From an uncultured delta proteobacterium (lineage in GTDB: Bacteria > Desulfobacterota > Binatia > UBA9968): DNA of 64,000 nucleotides. Below are positions 1-8,915 of this stretch, piece after piece; positions within the stretch are counted from its first letter, which is position 1; the number at the start of each line of letters is the position of its first letter. The notes under the pieces were generated by a model. The model searched no databases and was not told where the DNA came from. It saw only the letters and a list, made by a program, of their open reading frames with translations. The translations under genes were made by a program, and so were the position numbers. The DNA lies in NCBI GenBank assembly GCA_963816145.1, contig CAWFJP010000014.1:64001-128000 (forward strand), given 5' to 3'.

Positions 1-1
1 C

Positions 2-346
2 CAGATGCTGTTTGTCGAAGCGGCTTTGACCCTGGGCTCGAGCCATTGGCGCATTATCTTCCGCCATATGCTGCCCAATGTCATGGCGCCGTACTTGATC
101 CTACTGACTGCGTTCTTAGGTCAGGCGATTTTGCTCGAAGCGTCGCTGTCATTTCTTGGCTTGGGTGTCGCCGAGCCGGTGGCGGCGTGGGGCTTGATGC
201 TGCGCGGCGCCGCGGTGGAGTTCGCAGAACGGGCGCCGTGGATGGCGCTGTTTCCGGGAATGGCGATCAGTCTGGCGGTTTTCGCCTTCAATATTTTCGG
301 CGACTCGCTGCGCGATGCGCTCGATCCCAAATTGCGTCTGCCGTAA
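2..346 (+). CDS. ABC peptide/nickel transporter permease (DppC/OppC-like), 5'-truncated by window
   Basis: EAA motif region FVEAALTLGSSHWRIIFRHMLPN, LSFLGLG, C-terminal GDSLRDALDP. Confidence 0.9.
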   Translation, partial: QMLFVEAALTLGSSHWRIIFRHMLPNVMAPYLILLTAFLGQAILLEASLSFLGLGVAEPVAAWGLMLRGAAVEFAERAPWMALFPGMAISLAVFAFNIFGDSLRDALDPKLRLP

Positions 347-358
347 CGGCGCGCCAGG

Positions 359-531
359 TTAGACTCTCCGGCCTTTCGAGATATCGATCGGGTTGAAGCT
401 GGCGTGGTTGCCGTAGTAGCGCGGTTGCAGCTTGCCGGGTTCGAAGTTGGTGAATCCTTCCCGAGGAATCGGCTTCGCCAGATCTTGGTCGATGGCGCGC
501 AGGGTGAACGCGTAGTAGTTCGGCGCTTGCA
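359..531 (-). pseudogene. orphan 3' gene fragment (~56 codons), family not recognised
   Basis: Minus strand reads QAPNYYAFTLRAIDQDLAKPIPREGFTNFEPGKLQPRYYGNHASFNPIDISKGRRV* with host-like codon use; upstream in-frame stop and no start codon. Confidence 0.4.
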
Positions 532-714
532 GCGATTTTAATTGAGCAGTACAGCATCATCTCAATAGCATCGGCGCCAGCGGGACTATCTTTAACGCTG
601 CCGGTCCCATTCAAAAGCCCGCCGTCCACGGTTCCGCTCACTTGACCCTGGCTGGCTGGGGTCGTACAAATGCCGATCAGTATCGATATTATTTTTCTGG
701 GAGGCGATCCGATC

Positions 715-1815
715 ATGGCTAGTTCTGCGGCAACCGTGAAGCTCCAGCGCGCCGGCAACGAGTTGGGCGCGAAGACCACCTATCAATTGTTTCTCGAACG
801 CGAAGGCGTGCCCGCTTTGGGCGGCTTTCACATCGAGGACATCAATCATGTCGATTTGTCGCCCTGGCCGCGGGTGGGCGGACGGGGAGTTTATCTGAAC
901 CTCGAAGGCTCGGAAGGGGTCAATAACTGCTATGTTTGTGAAATCGCCCCGGGCAAATCGCTCGAACCGCAGAAGCATATGTTCGAAGCGTTGATTTATG
1001 TCGTCGACGGCCACGGCGCGACGACGATTTGGCAGGATGACGGCAAGAAGCAAACTTTCGAGTGGGGCGAAGGCTCGCTATTCTCGCCGCCGCTCAATGC
1101 CTGGTATCAGCACTTCAACGGCCAGGGCGACCGGCCGGTACGGTTATTGGCGATGACCAACGCGCCGACGGTACTCAATCTTTACCACAATATCGATTTC
1201 GTCTTTGATTGCGATTATCGCTTCGCCGATCGCTACGCCGGCGAAGACGATTTCTTCAACGGCCAAGCGAAAATACCCGGCGAGGGGTTTCACGATACCA
1301 ACTTTATTCGCGACGTGCGCAGCTACGAGCTGCCCGAGCGCAACGACCGCGGCGCCGGCGGCAAGATGCTGATGATCGAGATGTCGAACAACGTCATGTC
1401 GGCGCACATCTCGCAATTCCCCGTCGGCACGTACAAGAAAGCGCACCGCCATGGCGCCGGCGCCCATGTAATTATTCTCAAAGGCGAAGGATTCTCGGTG
1501 ATGTGGAAGGAAGGCGACGATATCAAGCGCTACAACTGGCGCGCCGGCAGCTTGATGGTGCCGCCGGAGCGCTGGTTTCACCAGCATTTCAACGCCGGCG
1601 GCGAACCGGCGCGCTACCTGGCGCTGAAGCCGTTCAGCAGCCGCAAGTTTCCCGGTTTGCGCAAACAATGGGGCACATCGGAGAGCGTCAAACTCGGCGG
1701 CGATCAGATCGAGTACGAGGATGAAGATCCGCGCATTCGTGCTATGTTCGAAGAGGAACTCGGCAAGAGAGGTGTCGTTAGCCAGATGGGACCGGTGTAT
1801 AAGGCGGCAAGCTGA
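715..1815 (+). CDS. bicupin protein (gentisate-dioxygenase-like cupin)
   Basis: Two cupin motifs (PQKHMFE...WYQHFN; KAHRHG...WFHQHFN); GGAGG RBS before ATG 715. Confidence 0.8.
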   Translation: MASSAATVKLQRAGNELGAKTTYQLFLEREGVPALGGFHIEDINHVDLSPWPRVGGRGVYLNLEGSEGVNNCYVCEIAPGKSLEPQKHMFEALIYVVDGHGATTIWQDDGKKQTFEWGEGSLFSPPLNAWYQHFNGQGDRPVRLLAMTNAPTVLNLYHNIDFVFDCDYRFADRYAGEDDFFNGQAKIPGEGFHDTNFIRDVRSYELPERNDRGAGGKMLMIEMSNNVMSAHISQFPVGTYKKAHRHGAGAHVIILKGEGFSVMWKEGDDIKRYNWRAGSLMVPPERWFHQHFNAGGEPARYLALKPFSSRKFPGLRKQWGTSESVKLGGDQIEYEDEDPRIRAMFEEELGKRGVVSQMGPVYKAAS

Positions 1816-1960
1816 GTGTGGGCGGTTTGATCGGAGTTCCCTCCAAATGCACGAAGGCCCCGGATGGGCTCTGCTCATCACAGCTAGTAGTACGAAGTTC
1901 GGGTTATCAACCCTAGGAGACCTTCGGTCCTGGGTCAGTTAGCTACTAGTCCTGCGGCAG
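1816..1960 (-). mobile_element. structured non-coding segment, possible orphan IS110-family non-coding end
   Basis: CTAGTAG/CTACTAG stem enclosing ACCCAGGA/TCCTAGGGT hairpin; second stem with internal loop (GCAGAGCCC...GAGGGAACTCC); family resemblance from pattern recognition only. Confidence 0.35.
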
Positions 1961-1971
1961 TGAGTCGAATC

Positions 1972-2037
1972 GATTTCTCGCTTCGCTCGAAATGACAAAT
2001 TATGAGGATTCGTCATGCCGAACGAAGCGAGGAATCT
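1972..2037. repeat. REP-like doublet (GTCATTTCGAGCGAAGCGAGAAATC family)
   Basis: GATTTCTCGCTTCGCTCGAAATGAC...GTCATGCCGAACGAAGCGAGGAATCT; related copies at 10939 and 31204. Confidence 0.75.
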
Positions 2038-2109
2038 TTCCGACCAAAACCACCAGCCAAAGCCCGCCAAACTGGCGGCCGCCTGGGCAATCTTTTCCGC
2101 TGTGTCCGG

Positions 2110-2526
2110 CTAGCGACTCTGCAAGACCTGGCCGCCCATGTTGGTGATTTTGTCGACATTGATTTGCACGATAATGCCTTTGCGCTCGGGATCTTTATCC
2201 AGCTCTTCTTTGACCGTGCGCGCCATGCCTTGCTCCCAGATCGGCCCCGATTCATGCAGCACCGCGGTGCCGTGAAAGCGCCAGGCCACTTTGGTTTTGG
2301 CGTCGCGAAACAGCACGATGACTTTGGGGTTTTCTTTGAGATTCTTTAGGTGCACCCGCTTGGTGCGCTCCAAATAGGCAAGGGACTGTTTGTCGAAGAC
2401 CATCATGCTGCCCTTGTAGCCGATGTCCGGTTCGCCGTCGCCGGAGACCGTGGCGAGGATGCAGGGACAGCCGTTGGCCAATGCCGGGTCGATCAACTCT
2501 TTCATCTGGTCGAGTATTTCAATCAT
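2110..2526 (-). CDS. pyridoxamine 5'-phosphate oxidase-like FMN-binding protein
   Basis: ILATVSGDGEP...KGS, NLKENPKV split-barrel signature; GGAGGTG RBS. Confidence 0.8.
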   Translation of the reverse strand: MIEILDQMKELIDPALANGCPCILATVSGDGEPDIGYKGSMMVFDKQSLAYLERTKRVHLKNLKENPKVIVLFRDAKTKVAWRFHGTAVLHESGPIWEQGMARTVKEELDKDPERKGIIVQINVDKITNMGGQVLQSR

Positions 2527-2590
2527 GGATCACCTCCTGGAGCGCACTACTTATAAAACTATTGGCCGATCGTCAAACTGATCGGGGAGT

Positions 2591-2718
2591 ATCTCTCGCA
2601 AAGACGCGAAGGTCGCAAAGTTCGGAAGGGAGTTGTTCACCACGGAGGCACGAAAGGCACGAAGTTCTAATAATAATTTTTCGAAAACCTTCGTGTGCTT
2701 CGCGTCTTCGCGGTAAAG
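2591..2718. repeat. composite CGCAAAG + CACCACGAAG palindromic repeat
   Basis: CTCGCAAAGACGCGAAGGTCGCAAAG then CACCACGGAGGCACGAAAGGCACGAAG...CTTCGTGTGCTTCGCGTCTTCGCGGT. Confidence 0.75.
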
Positions 2719-2729
2719 GAGCATTCCCA

Positions 2730-3458
2730 TCAGTCCACGACGACCAGCTTGCCGTTGTTGTGTTCGACCGTCTTGCCGGTCATCTCCATGCCGGCTTGGG
2801 CGGCGAGGACGAAGCCGTTGCCGAGGCTATCCGGAGCGGGCAGGCGCTGGCGCGCTTCTTCGGGAGCATCTTCGGTGGCGATCGCCTGCTTCGGGCTGAA
2901 GGCGACGACGCAGACGTTCCATTCGCGCTCTTCTTCAGCGATGAATTTGGTGAAGGTGCGGATCGCGTCTTTGCTGACGACGTAAGGGGACGCGCCGTGA
3001 TTTTCCGGCCGGCCACCGCCCCAGAGATTTACAATATTCCCCGAGCGCCGCTCTTCCATGAACGGCAGGACGTATTTGCTGCAAAGAAATGTCCCGCCGA
3101 GATTGGTTTGAATCACCGCGTTCCAAAAGTCGTAGCTTAGGTTGCGCACCCGCGGCCAGCGCGGGATGCCCCAATTGAAATGCGGCACGATACCGGCATC
3201 GTTGATCAGCGCGTCGATCTGGCCGAAACGGTCGGCGACTTTGTAAACCAACTGGCGCACATCTTTCTCGTCGCGCACATCGGTGGGCACGGCGAGCGCT
3301 TCGGCGTCCAACTGGTGCAGCTCGGCTACTGTTTTGTGCAACCGCTCGGCGTCGGCGTCGGCGAGCACGACTTTGGCTCCCGCTTTAGCCAGTGTATGGG
3401 CGGCGTGTCTGCCGATGCCTTTGGCGCCGCCGGTGACGATGACAACTCTTCCTTGCAT
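2730..3458 (-). CDS. SDR family oxidoreductase
   Basis: TGGAKGIG, NDAG, YVVSK; AGGAGG RBS before ATG 3458. Confidence 0.85.
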   Translation of the reverse strand: MQGRVVIVTGGAKGIGRHAAHTLAKAGAKVVLADADAERLHKTVAELHQLDAEALAVPTDVRDEKDVRQLVYKVADRFGQIDALINDAGIVPHFNWGIPRWPRVRNLSYDFWNAVIQTNLGGTFLCSKYVLPFMEERRSGNIVNLWGGGRPENHGASPYVVSKDAIRTFTKFIAEEEREWNVCVVAFSPKQAIATEDAPEEARQRLPAPDSLGNGFVLAAQAGMEMTGKTVEHNNGKLVVVD

Positions 3459-3518
3459 GGTAATGATCCTCCTGAAGAAATCGTGACTAAGTTGAAATTT
3501 TGCAAAATCGTGGGGATT

Positions 3519-3551
3519 GACCCGAAACTCGGAACACGGAACCCGAAACGG
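3519..3551. repeat. heptamer tandem repeat (CGAAACT/CGGAAC type)
   Basis: ACCCGAAACTCGGAACACGGAACCCGAAACG; related to 44084-44146. Confidence 0.55.
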
Positions 3552-3552
3552 T

Positions 3553-3756
3553 TTATTTCGCCGTATCGTCCGACTTGAAGCCGTAGTCTTTGTGCGAATC
3601 GTCGCAGAACGGCCGGTTGCGCGATTGGCCGCAGCGGCAGAGGTAAAGCGGATCCAGCGCGCTTTCGACATATTCCTTGCCGTTCACGTCGATCAGCTTG
3701 GCCCCGCCGGCGACTTCGTACGGTCCGTCTTTGAGTGCCTTAACTGTGACTGCCAT
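3553..3756 (-). CDS. CDGSH iron-sulfur domain protein
   Basis: LCRCGQSRNRPFCDDSH motif; GGAGG RBS. Confidence 0.9.
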   Translation of the reverse strand: MAVTVKALKDGPYEVAGGAKLIDVNGKEYVESALDPLYLCRCGQSRNRPFCDDSHKDYGFKSDDTAK

Positions 3757-3806
3757 GGTTTGCCTCCTATGATTGATTCAAGTGAGTAGACTCGAACGGA
3801 TCGAAA

Positions 3807-3837
3807 TATATCCCGCAAAGGCGCTACGGCGCAAAGG
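3807..3837. repeat. CGCAAAGGCG repeat
   Basis: ATATCCCGCAAAGGCGCTACGGCGCAAAG; matches 31159 and 63841 (reverse). Confidence 0.65.
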
Positions 3838-3930
3838 GTAAATGCCATTATCGCTTCGATAAGTGGGTGCGCATGAGCGGTACTCATGATCCCACTGGCG
3901 GCTAGCGTACCATTGTGGTACTAGGGCGCC

Positions 3931-4911
3931 ATGAAGATAAGAATTCTGGTGCTCTGTTTACTATTGGCCGGCTCAGTGCTTGATGCATCGGCTCAGGACA
4001 AAATTCGCGTCGGTCTAGGCTCCATCAGCCTGCAATCGGGCCTCGTTCATATCGGCAAGGACCGCGGCTTGTTCGCCAAGTATGGGCTCGTCACCGAGGC
4101 GATTTATATCCCGGGCGGCTCCACCAACGTTCAGGTGCTGGTTTCCGGCAATCTCGATCTGTCGCAATTGAGCGGCGCGCCTGGTGTGGCGGCCAATCTG
4201 GAAGGCGCCGATATCGTTTACTTCGCCGGGCTGCTCGACAAGTTGAACTATCAATTGATCGCCCGCTCGGACATCAAGTCCATCGAGCAATTGAAGGGCA
4301 AGAAGTTTGCCGTCAGCCGCTACGGTTCATCCGCCGACTTCGGCATGCGCGCCATGCTCAAGCGCGTCGGTATCGATCCGGTGAAGGAAGCGACGATCCT
4401 GCAGATCGGCGACGAGCCGGCGCGGATCGCCGCGATCACCTCCGGTAACGTCGACGGCACGGTGGTCAATGCGCCGTTCAGCAGCGAGGCGGAGCGATTG
4501 AAGCTCAATGTGCTCGCCGATTCGGTGAAGATGAATGTGCCGTTCTTCAACACCGGACTGCTCGGCAGCAGGCGATTCTTGGACAAGCAGGACGCCAAGG
4601 TGATGAACTTCCTGCGCGCCTATCTCGAAGCGATCAAGATACTCAAGACCGAACGCGAATATTCCGTCAAAGCGTTGGGCCAGTTCACGCGGGTCAGCAA
4701 CGTCAAAGCGCTGCAGGAAGGCTATGATTACTTCGTCAATCAACTGGCCAACGTGCCCTATCCGTCGGCGGAAGCGATGCAAGCGGTCGTCGCGCAGATC
4801 GCCGAGACCAATCCTAAAGCGCGCGGTATCGACGCCAAGAGTTATGTCAACGATAGATATCTGAAACGGTTGGAAGAAGAAGGGTTTGTGAAGAAATTAT
4901 GGGGGAAGTGA
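3931..4911 (+). CDS. ABC transporter substrate-binding protein (NMT1/SsuA-like)
   Basis: Signal peptide, GLFAKYGL, LKGKKFAVSRYGSSAD. Confidence 0.85.
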   Translation: MKIRILVLCLLLAGSVLDASAQDKIRVGLGSISLQSGLVHIGKDRGLFAKYGLVTEAIYIPGGSTNVQVLVSGNLDLSQLSGAPGVAANLEGADIVYFAGLLDKLNYQLIARSDIKSIEQLKGKKFAVSRYGSSADFGMRAMLKRVGIDPVKEATILQIGDEPARIAAITSGNVDGTVVNAPFSSEAERLKLNVLADSVKMNVPFFNTGLLGSRRFLDKQDAKVMNFLRAYLEAIKILKTEREYSVKALGQFTRVSNVKALQEGYDYFVNQLANVPYPSAEAMQAVVAQIAETNPKARGIDAKSYVNDRYLKRLEEEGFVKKLWGK

Positions 4912-4930
4912 AAAGAGTTTAGAGTCTCTA

Positions 4931-5099
4931 GTGTGCCGACCCAGAATTCGCTATTCAAGTTTATCCGTCATTCCGGGCAAGCCGGCGATAGCTGGCGCGA
5001 CCCGGAATCCAGGAAAATCGCCAACCTGGATGCCGGCTTTCTCCGGCATGACGGTATGAGGCTCTCCGACTTGTTTTGCGAACTTCTGGACCATAACAC
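4931..5099. mobile_element. 169-bp MITE, copy 1
   Basis: TA|GTGTGCCGACCCAGAA...TTCTGGACCATAACAC|CA imperfect terminal inverted repeats; internal GTCATTCCGG...GGAATCC / GGATGCC...GGCATGAC; colinear with 8925-9093. Confidence 0.8.
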
Positions 5100-5182
5100 C
5101 AGTTGCCGGTTTCAAGTGGCGGCATCGGGGACTCGGTCGATGTTTTTGCCATGACGTAGTTCCAGACTCTCGGGAGGTTTCG

Positions 5183-6238
5183 ATGAAGACGATCAATCTT
5201 ACGGTTTTACGTTGCTTAATTGTTTTACTGACGCTTGCGCTCACCGGCGATGCGTTCGCCCAAGCTGATTTCTACAAAGGCAAGACGATCAAGATGGTCC
5301 GTGGCGGCGGTCCCGGCGGCTCGGGGGAGTTTCAGACTCGCGCGCTGGTTAAATTTCTCGAAAAATATATTCCCGGAAAGCCGCATATCATTGTTGAATT
5401 TATCGAAGGTGCGGCGGGACGAAAAGCCGCCAACGTGATTTACAGCACGACCAAGCCCGATGGACTGACTATCGGCTCCATCGGCGCCGGATTGGTCGTA
5501 GGGCCGATCCTGGGCCTACCGGGCAGCAACTACGATCTCGATAAGTTCATTTACTTGGGCTCAACCGACGGCGGCGATCCATACGTCTTCTATACTAAAG
5601 GCGAATTGGGTTTGGACAACCTTAGCAAGCTTCGCGCCGCCAGCGGTCTGAGATTCGGTGCCCATGCGGTCGGTCATCCGGTATATGTCACCGGGCGCAT
5701 TGTCGCGCATTTGCTTGGCCTCAAGGATCCCAAGTTCGTTACCGGCTTCACTGGTCCAGAAATTTACATTGCGATCACGCGCGGCGAGATCGATGCCCAC
5801 GCCACCGGAGCGGCCCGCTTTGTCATCGAGCAGCCTGAGTGGATCGAGAAAAAACAGATTCATCTTCACGCGACCCTGACGGTACCCAAAGGGCGCCATC
5901 ATCCGGCGTTCACGCGCCTGCCGGACTTCGACAGCTTTGCCAAGACCGACACCGAGCGCAAACTGCTCGACATGTTTCGCGCCTTCCAGTATCCCCGCTG
6001 GCCCTATATCTTTCCTCCTGGCACACCGAGCGACCGCGTGCAGATCATCCGCGAAGCCATGCGTAAGTCCTTCGCCGACCCGGAATTCCCCGTCGAGTTT
6101 AAAAAGCTCATGGGCGACGGCCCCGCACCGCTCAGCGGCGAAGAACTAGAGCGCGCAATCAAAGAACTGCCGCGCGACAAGGAGGTTGTGCAGCTCTATC
6201 AGAAACTCGCCGGCGCCGATCCGCTGCCGGCGCGGTGA
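5183..6238 (+). CDS. TctC/Bug-like tripartite tricarboxylate transporter binding protein
   Basis: FYKGKTI...GGGPGGS, PDGLTIG, PPGTPSDRVQIIREA. Confidence 0.85.
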   Translation: MKTINLTVLRCLIVLLTLALTGDAFAQADFYKGKTIKMVRGGGPGGSGEFQTRALVKFLEKYIPGKPHIIVEFIEGAAGRKAANVIYSTTKPDGLTIGSIGAGLVVGPILGLPGSNYDLDKFIYLGSTDGGDPYVFYTKGELGLDNLSKLRAASGLRFGAHAVGHPVYVTGRIVAHLLGLKDPKFVTGFTGPEIYIAITRGEIDAHATGAARFVIEQPEWIEKKQIHLHATLTVPKGRHHPAFTRLPDFDSFAKTDTERKLLDMFRAFQYPRWPYIFPPGTPSDRVQIIREAMRKSFADPEFPVEFKKLMGDGPAPLSGEELERAIKELPRDKEVVQLYQKLAGADPLPAR

Positions 6239-6477
6239 GTTGTAGAAAGTTCCAGCGGCCCCAATTAGAGTCCACCAGCTCTGTATCGATGTGGCGAAGG
6301 ATTGCGTAGGTCAGTTGAAAGATGCTGTGCGCAGGTACGTTCGGAAGGTATATTGGGACGATACTGACCGGATATATATATTTCATGTGAATGGATTTCC
6401 TTGGGACCTACGTCGGCTTGCAGCAATCATCAAAGCCAAACTTCAAGATAGCCGACCCGGTTCCGTAATTCCGATTT

Positions 6478-6675
6478 AAAAGGAGTTCGCGGCTGGCTGA
6501 CGAGTATTCCTTGGTGCTCAGCGTCCGAGCTGATGACTTCGATCCAGCGTCAGCCGACCCTGAGCTCTGTAAGGGAACCGGATAACTCGCGGTTTAAGAC
6601 TGATGTCAAACGCGCTGGCCTTATGGATGTAGTTTTCGATCGCCCAAGTGCTCGTAAGCAAGAAGCTTTGACTGT
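6478..6675 (+). mobile_element. structured non-coding segment, possible orphan IS110/IS1111-type right end
   Basis: GGCTGACG/CGTCAGCC stem with bipartite internal loop and TCAGC/GCTGA inner hairpin; ends with a TTGACT -35-like hexamer. Confidence 0.4.
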
Positions 6676-7491
6676 CTACTTCGCAAGAAAATCCGCCACC
6701 AACTTCGCCGTCTCCTCCGCCTTCTCCACATGGGCGCTATGTCCCGCGCCGGCGATCACTTTCAATTCACCGCTATTCGGAATCAGCTTCGCGTAGGTCT
6801 CCCCATGTGAGCGGGGGACGAAGCCGTCTTTTTCGCCCCAGATGATTAGCGTCGGCGACGTGATTCTGTGCAGGCGATTTCTGAGCGGGCGGTTGTAGAA
6901 GTACGGCGGTTTGAAGCCGATGCGCGAGCTCAGGCGGAGCATTTGATAGCGGCGCACTTCGTCTTCGATCTCGCCTTTGCCGTCGGGGAACATTTCCAGC
7001 GCATTCGCTTGATTCGCGCTGGCGAAGAGCATTTCGCGCAACGTCGCGTAGCTTTCGCCTAACTCGGGCTGGGCGTTCATGAAGATGTCGCCGATCAGCG
7101 CGCCTTCGACGAATAGGCCGGAGGCGCCGATCAAGACCAGCTTGCGAATTTTCTCCGGGTGGCGGGCGGCAAGTTCGGCGGCGATCCAGCCGCCGACGCA
7201 GTGGCCGATCAGGTCGAACTTGTCGAGCTTCAAGGCGTCGATGACTTCGAGGTAGTGAAACACCACGTCTTCGATGACGTCGATGTCTTTGTTTTCGTCG
7301 CTCTGGGCGCAGCCGGGATGGGCCGGAGCGATGACGCGGGCGCTCTTCGCCAGCTGTTCGTGGAACGGCAGCCAAGACTCTTTGACCGAGTGCACGTCGG
7401 CGAAGCCGTGCAGGTAAAGCAGCGGCGCGCCGCTGCCGGTTTCCAGGAGCCAAACTTTTCGTCCGTTAACTTCTAGGATGCGACCGCTCAT
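6676..7491 (-). CDS. alpha/beta hydrolase with GHCVGG nucleophile elbow
   Basis: LYLHG, GHCVGG, WGEKD, AGH; overlaps the LLM stop codon (coupled). Confidence 0.85.
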   Translation of the reverse strand: MSGRILEVNGRKVWLLETGSGAPLLYLHGFADVHSVKESWLPFHEQLAKSARVIAPAHPGCAQSDENKDIDVIEDVVFHYLEVIDALKLDKFDLIGHCVGGWIAAELAARHPEKIRKLVLIGASGLFVEGALIGDIFMNAQPELGESYATLREMLFASANQANALEMFPDGKGEIEDEVRRYQMLRLSSRIGFKPPYFYNRPLRNRLHRITSPTLIIWGEKDGFVPRSHGETYAKLIPNSGELKVIAGAGHSAHVEKAEETAKLVADFLAK

Positions 7492-8735
7492 TACTGCACC
7501 ACCTGTGCCGATTGCTCGATGTTGATGCCGGGGAATTCATTGGTGAACTGTTTTTGCGAATCGTGGCGCAGGACCGGCGCGACTTTTTCGGCGAACAGTT
7601 TCATGTTCTTACGCGCCAGATGGTCGGGCATATTGCCGAACTGGAACTGAATCAACAGATTACCGACCTTGGCTCTTTCGATCAAAGCGCGGATACGGTT
7701 GGTCACGGTCTCTGGACTGCCGACGATGATCGATTGCGACGCTTCGAGCTCTTCCCAGTTCTCGACGTCGCCCAGGAGCTTGCGCCCCGGCTTGTAACCT
7801 TTCATGTACTCGCGCCAGGCGGCGGCGGGGATGTAGGGCACGCCGGGGCCGTAGGTTAGCTGGCGGCCTTCCTTGCGCAGATGGCCCTTCAAACAATTCT
7901 TCAAAAAATACCAGACACCTTCTTCGCACTCCTCGCGTGCCTGCAGGTCGGTCTCGGCGACGTAAACCGACATCAAAATACCAAATCTGAACGGATGATA
8001 CTTGTCGCCGTGATCCTCCAAGACCTTGGCAAACTCTTGCTGGGCGCGGTGGGTCTCACCGCCATGGCTGCGCGACGAGAGAAAATAACAGTAGCCGCGC
8101 TTGGCCACTTCGATCATCGTCGACGGGCTGCGCGAACCGGGGATCCACACCGGCGGATAGGGTTTTTGCAACGGCTTGGGCCACAGATTCACGTAGCGCA
8201 GCGGGAAGTAGCGTCCCTCATGGGTGAACGGGCCGTCGTCGGTCCAGGAGCGGACGATGAGATCGGCGGCTTCCCAGAATTTTTCCCGGGTGTTGGCCGA
8301 TGGCACGTCGTAATTAAAAGTTTCCGGCCCGCCGCCGGGGGCGAAGCCGGCGATCAAACGGCCGTTACTCATCTGATCGAGCATGGCGTATTCCTCGGCG
8401 ACGCGCATGGGATTCATATGCAGCGGCAATAAATTGCCCAATACGACGATCTTGCCGCGCGAGGTGCACTGGGTGAGCGCCGAGGCGATGAGGTTGGGCG
8501 ACGGCATCAGGCCGTAGATGTTTTGATGATGCTCGTTCAACACCATGCCGTCGAAGCCGAGCTTGTCGGCGAGGGCCAGCTGATCGATGTATTCTTGATA
8601 GAGGCCGCGCGCCTGATTGTTGTCCCACAGCTTATTGGGCACTGTCACCCAACCGCTATGTCCCGACTTGTCGAAATCTTTGTCGAGATAGGGATAAGCC
8701 ATGAAATGCCAGCAGAACAGTTGGACGGGTTGCAT
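7491..8735 (-). CDS. LLM-class flavin-dependent oxidoreductase
   Basis: GFDGMVLNEHH, PSPN, RVAEEYAMLDQMSNGR, PKPLQKPYPPVW. Confidence 0.9.
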   Translation of the reverse strand: MQPVQLFCWHFMAYPYLDKDFDKSGHSGWVTVPNKLWDNNQARGLYQEYIDQLALADKLGFDGMVLNEHHQNIYGLMPSPNLIASALTQCTSRGKIVVLGNLLPLHMNPMRVAEEYAMLDQMSNGRLIAGFAPGGGPETFNYDVPSANTREKFWEAADLIVRSWTDDGPFTHEGRYFPLRYVNLWPKPLQKPYPPVWIPGSRSPSTMIEVAKRGYCYFLSSRSHGGETHRAQQEFAKVLEDHGDKYHPFRFGILMSVYVAETDLQAREECEEGVWYFLKNCLKGHLRKEGRQLTYGPGVPYIPAAAWREYMKGYKPGRKLLGDVENWEELEASQSIIVGSPETVTNRIRALIERAKVGNLLIQFQFGNMPDHLARKNMKLFAEKVAPVLRHDSQKQFTNEFPGINIEQSAQVVQ

Positions 8736-8915
8736 CGGTCACCTCGCGGGCGCGATTATGATTCGCGGCGAAATTTTTCTGGACTATAGCGGCATCTATC
8801 GGCGCAGCGCAAATGAAAAACCGTCGCGAATTGTTTTGGTGAACGCGGCACCTGCGCGATATTGGCTCGCAAATAAGCCGGGCCACGTGTAGAATCCCCA
8901 CGGTCAGGAGCGATT

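Noticed and set aside
6291-6479. 62-aa ORF as a real gene or transposase
   Set aside because: No RBS, atypical codons; only weak similarity to IS110 C-termini, so kept as context only.
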